64,000 nt of DNA, taken from Vicugna vicugna (Eukaryota). The stretch lies in contig MU058252.1 of NCBI GenBank assembly GCA_013265495.1, positions 716,244 through 780,243 on the forward strand, in the 5' to 3' direction. The notes under the pieces were generated by a model. The model ran no database searches and had not been told where the DNA came from. It worked only from the letters and a program-made list of their open reading frames with translations. The translations under genes were made by a program, and so were the position numbers. Below, piece by piece: positions 54,439 through 64,000 of this stretch (the stretch's first letter is position 1; every line of letters starts with the position of its first letter).

Positions 54439-57122
54439 AAGAATGAGTCTTAAGAAGAAGGCTCAGTCTTCACCAGGAAGCCTTTCCTGATTCTTGACCT
54501 CTTTTCACAGCTCACCTGGTTAGCTGCTTCTCTTACCCCACAAAAGTCTACAAGGCACTTAACACAGGATTGGGATTTACTTTTCTGTCTCTCCCAAATC
54601 CCATAAACTCTTTGAAGGGGAAGAACAACTCTGTTTGAGTATCATTGTATTGCCTGTGCTGACACATAGTAGGGATACCAAAGATATTTGAGTGAAATGA
54701 ATTGTTTGTTATTAGCAAATCAGTTAAAAACATGGTGGGTAAGCGGCTGACTTTCAACTGCATAAATGGGTTCAGAGATGATTTCAACCCATCTACTCAT
54801 GCTTCTCCTGGGCCTCATTCCTATGTAGAAATAATTATACCCACTCTCCTTTGAGCGTTGGAACTGGTGTCTTGAAGCAAAAAAAGAAAGCGACTGTGCT
54901 AAGGAGTAACAACAACGAACATTTCCATTTTAACAGACTCTCTCTGAGGACAGAGGCTGTCGACAGCACGTCCCGCCCCGGTTTGGACGTTGGCAGGGAG
55001 CCTTGCCAGCGCTTGCTGTGACCCTACAATTTTAGTTTCTGTTAAGTAAAGACAGTTGATTTTTTAAAAAAAATTGGTGTAGAAATTTGATAAAAACTCA
55101 AAAATATAAGACATTTAACACCATAACTAGGAATTCTTTCTGATTGATTTTAATCATTATATTTGGGGGAAAGTTTTCGTTCATTTTGATACTTTTCTAA
55201 ATAACAATTTCAGATAGTATAAAATAAAGTTAGTTCCTTCCTAACATTTATTTTTGATTTCCTTTAAAGAGTATTTATTCCACAGGATCTTTTCAGAGGG
55301 TATGGCAACCAATTTCTACAATTCAATGTCAGTTGAGATCTGTTTCAAAGGAGGTTTTATTAAATAAGAGATGAAGAAAATGGGCTAAACAAACAAACAA
55401 AAAATCCTTTTTGTTTGGCCTCTTTCTGTTAAATTATCTTCTAACTTCCAAAAAGTAGACAATGGTAAGATTTTGAAAACAATCATTCGGCAAATATTTA
55501 CTATCTGCTATGGAATATTTACTGTGTGGCAGGAATTGTGAAAGGTGAGTCAATTAAATATCTGGTATGGGTTGAAATTCACATAAAAGACATGAAGTAG
55601 GAACTCGAAACATTAGTTAGTTCCTACTATTTGAGGTTAGTTTGTTACTCTTCGAATTCTGATTCTGTGGAGCTCATTGCTCAGGATCTGGAATTTGTAT
55701 TTCTCTTGCCTTTCACAAATAAATCCAAATAGTCTTTATCTTTTTGCTACTTGAAATATTTTATTATCAGGTTTGTGTTTAACATGACTTACTGCGCAAC
55801 TGAATACATGCTGTTATGTTGACAACTCTTATTAACCCATAATACTTTGCAAATGAAAAGATAAGTATTGCTCAACCAGTTCAATTAACCTTTCAATTCT
55901 TACTGCATCAAGCCATAAGCTTTGAAATGTGTTGTATTTCTTTCTACCACAAAGCAACACAAAACATGATACAAAGTCACAAGGACACAAATCTTTCTTC
56001 ACTGTTCTCTACTCTCTACTCTGTAACTGGCGGACTCATTAACCCTTCCCAGAACAGACCACTGGTAATAGTATTTTCAGCCCTTTTTATCCCTTCACTA
56101 ATGGAAATTTTGGCCAGAAACTGGTGAAAATTTCCGGAAATGATGGAGACAGACTATTTCCATTTTTGTTCTGTTTTGTCCTACAGACAGCGATCAAAAG
56201 GAAGTACAGTAGTCAAGCTGAAATTGAAGGGACCTGTTAATGCTTCTGCTGCACCGTCTGTACTTGGCTTTGGGAAATTCTGTGATCATCATTCACTGTC
56301 TGTGGTGTTCTGGAGGATGGATGAGGGTGAACCCAGGACACAGAGCCAACTAACTGCAGGTGTAGGACCTGCCTACCTCAAAATGTAAATCTTTCAAGAA
56401 AGATGTTTAGTGTATCTTTTTTTTTATTGTGATATAATTTCCCTGCAATAAACTGTATCCATTTCAAGCGTACAATTTGCTGTATCAACTGGAAACCACT
56501 ATTCCAATCAAGATATAACACATTTTTCTTACCCCAAAAAGTTTCCTTATGCCACCCTGCGGTTCATTCCTACTTTCCCTTCCCTGTCTCAGGCCACCAG
56601 TGATCTACTTTTTGTTACTACAGATATCTTCTAGAATTTTATATACATGGAATCATACAGTATCCACTCCTTTGCACCTGGATTATTTCACTCAGCGTAA
56701 TGATGGTTCAGTATATCAGCTTGTTTGTTTTTATTACTGAGTAGTATTCCACTGTATGGATGCCACATTTTGTCACCATTCACCTGTTGATGGACATTTG
56801 GGAAATTTCTAATTTTTGACCATTGTGAATAAAGCTCCTGTAAATATACATTGCCAAGTCTTTGTATGGACACATTTTTCATGTCTCTTGGATAAACAGC
56901 AAAGAGTGGAATGACTGGGTCATTTAATTAGCTTTTTTTAAAAGTTATTCTAGTGGGTATATAATGGTTTCTCATTGTGGTTTTAATTTGCATTTCCTTG
57001 AGGACTAATTATATCTTTTAATGTGTTTATTGGCCATTCATAGATCTTCTTCAGTGAAGTGACTATACGGATCTTTTGCCCATTATCGATTGGATTTTTT
57101 TGTCCATTTTGAGTAATATAAA

Positions 57123-57615
57123 TGTGGCCAGCAAATGCTAAGACAGCCCCTGAGGCCCCCACCTCCTGGTTCTTCTCCTTGGATGTGAGCTGGACCTAGT
57201 GACTTGTTTCTAATTGACAGAGCACAGCAAAGGTGATGGGCTATCCCTTCCAAGATTAGGCTACATAAGACTGTGGCTTCTGTCATACTAGCAGACCCTC
57301 TCCCTTCATGGCTTTGCTGAAGCAAGCTACCATATTGGAGATGCCCATGTGACAAGGACCCAAGACCCTCAGTCCAATAGTCTGCAAAGTACTGACTCCT
57401 GCCATCAACCACATGATCTCAGAAATGGGTCCTTCCCCAGTCAAGCCTTCAGATGACACTCAGCCCTGCCTGATGTCTTGACTGTGGCTTCATAAAAGAC
57501 CCTTAAGCAGAGGACCCAACTAAGCTGTGCCTGGACTTCTGACCCACAAAAGTGTGAGATCTTAAGTACATGCTTTCAGCTGCTAAGTGTGTGGTAATCT
57601 GTTACACAGTAATGT
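57123..57615 (+). mobile_element. MaLR LTR (MLT1E/F-like)
   Basis: tgtggccagc...cccagtcaagccttcagatgac...gctgctaagtgtgtggtaatctgttacacag. Confidence 0.8.
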
Positions 57616-57635
57616 TTTAAAAATATATAGTTAAG

Positions 57636-57781
57636 GGGGAGAGGGTATAGCTCAAGTGGTACAGCACACACTTAGCATGCATGAGGTTCTGGGTTCAACC
57701 CCCAGTAGCTTCATTAAAAAGAAAAACAAATATTAAGTAGATAAAACTAATTACCTCCTCCCTACCAAGAAAACTTTTTAT
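57636..57781 (+). mobile_element. tRNA-derived SINE (vic-1-like) with perfect 13-bp TSD
   Basis: GGGTATAGCTCAAGTGGTA...GGGTTCAACCCCCAG; TSD atatatagttaag at 57623-57635 and 57782-57794. Confidence 0.9.
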
Positions 57782-59039
57782 ATATATAGTTAAGATTCAA
57801 GTTCTTTGTCAGATACATGTATTGCATACATTTCATCCCATTCTGTGGCTTGTGTTTTCAAACTCCTAACCATGTTTTACAAAGAGCAAAATTTTAAATT
57901 TTTGATGTGCTCCAATCCATCCTTTTATGAATCATGCTTTTTGTGTTCTATCTAAGGCATTTCTACCTCCCCTAAGACTGTGAAGATTTTTTCCAACGTT
58001 TCCTTCTTTATATTTTGACTTTTACATTAGGCTTATGATCCATTTTGGTTTAATTTTTTATTATGATGTGTGTTAAAGGTTCAGGGTCCTTTTTCCCATG
58101 CTGATATCCAGTTGGTCCCCATGTTTTTTGTTAAAAAGACTGTATTTTTATTTCTGTACTTTCATCATGACCATCCTGTCCTGATTCTTATAGCTCTACA
58201 GCAAGTCCTAAAATCCGGTAGTGAACATTCTCTAACTTTGTCATTCATTTAAAAAATCGCTTTGGCTCCTCTAAGTCTTTTGATTTCCATGCACACTTCG
58301 GAATTTAAAAAAAAAAAAAAGGCCACTGGAATTTTGGTTGGGATTGCATTCAATCTGTAGGTCAATTTGGGAAGAATTCACATCTTAACAAAGTTGAGTC
58401 TTCTAATTCATGATCATGTTATATCTTTCTGTTTAATTATCTCTTTGATTTCTCTCAGCAATCTTTTGTAATTTTCAGTGTAGAGATCTTGCATGTCTTT
58501 TGTTAAATTTATTCCTAGGCATCTTATTATTATTTTTGATGCTCTTTTAAATCAAGCTGTTTTTAAAATTTCATTCCCCAATTGTTTGCTGCTACCATAG
58601 AAAGATGAAACTGATTTTTTATATATTAGCCTTGTATCCTGTGACCTTGATGAATCTACCTGTAAGTTTTCGTGACTGTTGTGTTGATTACTTGGGATCT
58701 CCTACATAAGTAATCATGTCATTTAGTACCTCTTACCTTTAGTTCTTTACTTTGTGGTTCCCTGGTACTGCATAATCTTACCTATATTTATGTGTTTAGT
58801 GTATTACATGTATGCTCTGATTCTTACCTAAATATATCATTTTATTTGTTTCTTTGTTCAGAAAAGATATTTCTGTTACTCTGCATATTATATACATAGC
58901 ATATATAAGTGTGTATGTGTAATATTATGTATTATCATATACAATAATATGTATAAATATAAATGTATATATTCCCCACTTTAGACTCAGTCATTAGCAA
59001 TGTGTGCCCCTCAGTGTGTGGCACACTGTACTAAATTGT

Positions 59040-59500
59040 AGTGAATACTGTTGATTGTCCACTTGGCATCTGTTCCTCTCCCACCATCTTCCTTCCTAAA
59101 ATAACCTCCTAATTTTGTCACAGCGTGTACCCTTTCCTTACACAAGTCTTGATGGTGACAATCTTTCTTAGGGTATCCTGGACTAAAGGGAAAGACTCAT
59201 GGCTGGAGGGAGCCAGCGCCCACACTCACGTGTGCATGTCCCCCCCTGCCCCCTACTCTTGCCACAGACAGCAGTCACCCTGACTGCTATTGAGGACCAG
59301 TCTTCAGATGAAGCCAGTGCTGAGAGAAAGGACTTGCTTGGGCTCTTGGTGACATCACTGAGTAGACCTGTATCTCACCTTGCCAGCAGCCTGTCCTACC
59401 TCTGGACCAGCAATAGGACACATTAGATGCCTTCGCCCTGCAAGTCAGTTTGAGTTGGAGTTTTCTGTTGCTTTAAATATACACTGTCAGAACATCCTAA
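59040..59500 (+). mobile_element. Old MaLR LTR (MLT1J/K-like) remnant
   Basis: cttggtgacatcactgag...aagtcagtttgagttggagttttctgttgctt...catcctaagtgata. Confidence 0.5.
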
Positions 59501-61222
59501 GTGATATTTGGGTATTATATCAGATACAGGCCCTGCCCTTAGGAGATGATATTCTAATTTGGTGCAGATTATAGTCTAATTGTGGAAACTACATTTCTGC
59601 ATATGTAACACTTACAAAGTAGTTTAAATTAAAAAAACGATAGCAACTGCATAGTGGATACAAATGCTAAGGTACTTTGAGAGGAAGGCTTCCTAAAGAG
59701 ATGCACCGAGGCAGATTTTGAAGGAAGCAAGACTGTGAAGGAGGGCATCTGAGCTCATGGCGAGGGCAGGGGGCAGTCTCTGAAGGTAAAGACACTTGCA
59801 GGACACAGAGGGCCGATGGCCTTTATCTGAGAGTGCAGTGTCCTTGCAGAGAAGTTAAAGAAAGATCGGTAGAGACCACTGGAAGATAAGGGAATGCAAT
59901 GAGATTTCATGCGTAGGCTGTAAGGAGTGAATGGCAGTTGCCTCGAACTGTTTTTGGCCATATAAAAAGACCTTAATGTCTGTGTGGAGCGGAAACGGTT
60001 GGATATGGGAGGGCCTGGAGTCAGGGAGAATATCTCACATGTCTTTACAATGAATGTAGAAATGAAGCAAGGCTGAGAAGTATCACGGAGATAAAAATAG
60101 TTTGGACTTGGTATTTCAGTGGATTAGGGAATAAATAGAAAAGAGGCTAGAATAGCACAGAAAATTGGCAGGATGAGCTTGTTTGAGGTAAGAAGAAATG
60201 GGAAACGCTATGATAAAGCTATTAAACTTCAGATGGTGATTGTCCGAGTGCACCTTTGGGCTGTAACCAGGGAAGCTGTAACCTTTGTGGCTCTCTGCAG
60301 GAAAGGAGGAGAGGGTGGGGTGACAGAGGTTTTTGATTTATCAGCTGTGCTTCCCAAACTTTAGTCAGGTGCCATTTTTTTATGTCATAGCCCCATACAA
60401 TCTATACAGTTACTTAAACTGACTTTTTAAAAAACCTAGTCTTTAGGCAAAGTTCCATGAAATCATAGGTTTGGAGATTCTAAATATTTTTTCCCGATAC
60501 ACAAATACATTGCTGTTAAAATGTTCATCCTCGTATGGCCTCAAGTCATCTCGCACAGCACGGTGGTTCACCCTACACTTCGGGAAAATCAGTCTAGGAG
60601 GGCAAGAGAAGGTGGTGCCCAGAGCCAGACGCGAAAGGCTGGTGTTTGCAGGGTGAAGGGAGGAGACTTCCAGCGGGGAGACAGGGGCCTCTCATGGGGG
60701 CAGTAAGGAGAGTCGATGGCATGAAAGAGAAGCAGCCCCTGGAAACTGCCCACGAGCCCCGGAACTGGAAGAGGAGAAGGCGGGCTGTGAGAAGGCAAGT
60801 CTAAGCCAGTGTTTTGAAAGCTGTCAGCAGTGACCCATTCATGACTCATGAAAGCAGTTTAATGGGTCGGAATTACCTTCGTTCAAAATGAAGTGTCCTA
60901 GAAATACCACTTTGCTCGGCAGGTCGCTGAGGGTAATTATTGTTTCCAGAAAGCTGTTTTAATCATGTGTCCGTGTATGTGAGTAGATGGCCAAGATGTT
61001 TTTCTTTAATTGTAGTTTATGGCCATAGACTAGATAATAAAGAAAGATGTCTACACCTTCTGACACCTCTCGGCTGAATGATTTAGTCCTACATGTGGAA
61101 CACTGGCTACGGGAAACGTGAAGCTTGTCGCTCACCACTCAAGTCTCCCTTCACCTGAAGAAAGCAGGCAGTGTCTGGAGGAACTAAGGCAGGCCTGAAG
61201 CAAGAATGCTTTCAACTCATTC

Positions 61223-61246
61223 GTGTGTGTGTGTGTGTGTGTGTGT
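61223..61246. repeat. (GT)12 microsatellite at the SINE tail
   Basis: Perfect run. Confidence 0.95.
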
Positions 61247-61373
61247 ATTTGGGATTGGTGGCAGGGGGTGTTATTTATTTATTTTTATTTATTTATTGGA
61301 GGTACTGGGGATGGAACCCAGGACCACGTGCACGCTAAGCATGCGCTCTACCCCTGAGCTATACCCTCCCCCC
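61247..61373 (-). mobile_element. tRNA-derived SINE (vic-1-like)
   Basis: Minus strand GGGAGGGTATAGCTCAGGGGTAGAGCGCATGCTTAGC...GGGTTCCATCCCCAGTACCTCC plus an (AAAT)n tail. Confidence 0.85.
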
Positions 61374-61552
61374 TCAATTTTTTTTTAAATTTTCATTTTT
61401 TAAAATTGAAGTATGGCTTGATCTCAACTCCTTCATGTTTAAGTTGCAAATAATATAATGAAAACTTAGTCTACACTAAACTGCCTTGACATGCTGGTTG
61501 GTGTTTTTCATGGTATTTTCAGGTCTATAGACCTCCATGTCTGGGAGGACAT

Positions 61553-61598
61553 GCGCGCGCGCGCGCGCGCGCGCGCGCACACACACACACACACACAC
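61553..61598. repeat. Compound (GC)13(AC)10 microsatellite
   Basis: Perfect runs read directly. Confidence 0.97.
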
Positions 61599-61904
61599 GG
61601 GAGGGGCAAAGAATACCGACTACTTGGTACTACTTGGTATTACTTGGTACTTCTACTTTTTTTTCCCAAACAACAAACATTTAAAAGAAAAGTGGTAATG
61701 GTTTATTATTCTCCTGCTGGGAAGTGGGTGGTTAAGAAAACTTTCCCTCCAGGGAATGATCTGTGGGCTAGGATTGGGACCAGATGTGGGGATGAGGTGA
61801 CGGTCATAAACCCTGTGACACTCAGCAGCCCGCGTCTGTCACTTAGCATTCCTAAGGACCTGTGGATCAGTGCCTTGCAAGACCAGCGTACCTGGGAGCT
61901 ACAC

Positions 61905-63213
61905 TAGCGGTCTCCTAGTGTGGTCAGAGGACGCCCGAGCGTCCCGGCAACCTTTTCAGGGAGCCTACACGGTCAACTGTTTCATAGCAATGCTGGGGCA
62001 TCATCTGCTTTCCACCCACTGCTGCCTGTACTTGTCACTGGCAGCACACTGGGAAACCCCAGCCCCCGAGCTCACATCATGGCCGTGGCCAATCATCCCA
62101 GACTTCTGCTCCAGGCGCAAAAGCCAGTTTCACCTAAAAGTGTCCTTGATAGCACAGCAATATTTATTCATCTTATTAAATCTCAACCCTTGGATACATG
62201 TCTTTTTAATGTTCTGCATGATGAAACAAGAAGTCTACATACAACACTTCCGTGGGATGCTGACTGACGACAGCGTTCTTGAGGTAAGGCTCTTGAGGAC
62301 TGAGTTGCCTTTTTTAAGTGAAACATTGAGAAGCTGAAGAACTGTGGTTACTCAGACCTGGGTACCTGGCAGATATTTTTCCAACTGAACAAAGTGAGTC
62401 TGTCACTTCAAGGAAAACAACTGACCAGACTTGTTGCCAGTGATAACATTCGCGTTTTCAAGTGAAAATTAGAATTTTGGAGAAGCCACAATGAGCCTGA
62501 CAGCTTTCCAATACTTAGAGGCGTCTCCAGGAGAGACTGGTAGTGTTATTAACAAACGCGATTTTGCTTTTTGGATATTGTGGCATGAAATGGGCTACCT
62601 TTGGACGATCTGCATCAATCATTGGCTTGATGTTTTCTAAGTGACCAATAAGTGATGCTATAAAATTGTGCACTCAAAGTGCAAAACAGAGTGATGGGTT
62701 TTAATGTAATAGAGCAGACTCTATTAAGTAGACAATGAAAATTCATTATTATGGTTTCAGATTGCACACTGCAACTAACCTTTAAAAAACTACCACTTGT
62801 CGAGAAGACTACCCACAGTTTTCTGAAGAGGCTATTAAAATACTCCTCCCTTTTCCAACCACATTTCTGTGTGAGGCTGGGTTTTCTTCATGTACCTCAA
62901 CCAAAACAACATATGGCAACAGAATGAATGCAGAAGCAGATATGAGAATTCCACTGTCTTTTAACTAAGACATTAAAAAGATTTGCAATAATGTAAAGCA
63001 ATGCCACTCTTCTCACGATTTTTTATTATAAATATATTTACAATAATACATAAGTTTACTATTGATCTTTTAAAATAAATATTTTAAATTTTCTGTTTTA
63101 ATTCTAACATGATAAATATCAATATATGAAACCCACAAAAAATAAGCCCTTGGGGTCCTTGATAATCATGAGTATAAAAGGGGTCCTGAGACCAACAGAG
63201 CTGAGAACCACTG
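61905..63213 (+). mobile_element. Charlie1-like hAT DNA transposon, internally deleted, decayed transposase
   Basis: Degenerate TIRs tagcggtctc.../...tgagaaccactg; peptide IHLIKSQPLDTCLFNVLHDE resembles Charlie transposase INFIKSRPL..RLF..LC.EM. Confidence 0.8.
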
Positions 63214-63414
63214 AACTGCATGGGAGCAAAACTCAAAGCTCAAAACAACTCACGGTCTAGTACAAGTTAAAAGAGATGCCCCTTCATCCTCTCTTCTGGG
63301 TTTAATGACCTTGGACTGTTTAGGTAGGCATTTCTTTCCATTTTTATTGAGAAACTTACTTTGATTAAGAGAAAATCTTAATGATCATACTAGAGCCCAG
63401 TACAGCTACAAAAC

Positions 63415-63960
63415 AAAAAACACTAATCTGAAAAGATACATGCACCCCAACGTTCACAGCAGCACTATTTATAATAGCCAAGATACGGTAGCAACGTAAG
63501 TGTCCATCAACAGATAAATGGATTAAGAAGATGTGGTGTATATGTTTCTAATAGAATACTACTCAGCCATAAAAAGAATGAAATTCTGCCATTTGCAGGA
63601 TGGACCTGGAGAGTATTATGCATAGTGAAGTAAGACAAATACTGTATGATACCACTTATATGTGGAATCTAAAAATAATACAAATGAACATATATATCAA
63701 AAAAGACACAGACTCACAGATACGGAAAACGAACCAGTGGTTCCCAGTGGGGAGACAGATTAGGAGCGGGGCAAGTTAGGGGTGTGGGATTAAGAGATAC
63801 AAACTACTATGTATAAAACAGAAAGCAACAAGGATATACTGTACAGCACAGGGAATTATAGCCGTTATCTTTGGAGTATAAACTGAAAAGCACTGGAACA
63901 CTATATTGTACACCTAAAACTAATATAATATTATAAATCAACTATACTTCATTAAAAAAA
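63415..63960 (+). mobile_element. L1 3' end
   Basis: aaagatacatgcaccccaacgttcacagcagcac...aaatcaactatacttcattaaaaaaa. Confidence 0.9.
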
Positions 63961-64000
63961 CCCAAACCCCCCAGAAATTTATATTGCCTTTTATAAACCA

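Larger units (their letters stand above)
56415..58720 (-). mobile_element. Old L1M antisense fragment interrupted by an MLT1 LTR and a SINE
   Basis: L1 reverse motifs at 56415-57110 (ttgtggttttaatttgcatttcc) resume at about 57795 (tctttgtcagatacatgtattgc; gggattgcattcaatctgtagg). Confidence 0.8.

Noticed and set aside
61870..62337. Domesticated transposase gene
   Set aside because: Only short frameshifted Charlie-like peptide remnants; no continuous ORF.
49300..64000. PRKAG2 exon 4 or another gene
   Set aside because: I found no match to the Ser/Pro-rich gamma-2 N-terminal peptide; the region is repeat-dominated intron.

Overview
Mammalian genomic DNA, probably camelid (four vic-1-like tRNA-derived SINEs). 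It carries the 3' half of PRKAG2 (AMPK regulatory gamma-2 subunit) on the minus strand. I read eleven coding exons by hand (human exons 5-15, 48414 down to 582). All have AG/GT boundaries and consistent phases, and together they encode the four CBS domains. The last coding exon lies off the left edge and exons 1-4 off the right edge. A CpG island at about 48050-49260 (32-N gap) overlaps exon 5 and is the likely internal promoter of the short isoform that starts at MLEK (ATG 48375). The rest is intronic: L1, MIR, MaLR/ERVL LTRs, an ERV-L pol relic, hAT elements (MER5, MER20, MER58, Charlie), SINEs and microsatellites. I see no credible novel multi-gene system. The most interesting observations are local: an exon-12 GC3 spike with weak-to-strong amino-acid changes, a 41-bp templated insertion between two old repeats, a (GC)13(AC)10 Z-DNA tract, a tandem NAGNAG acceptor, and candidate short-isoform leader elements. 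Human protein comparisons and repeat family names are from memory and need checking; repeat boundaries are approximate.
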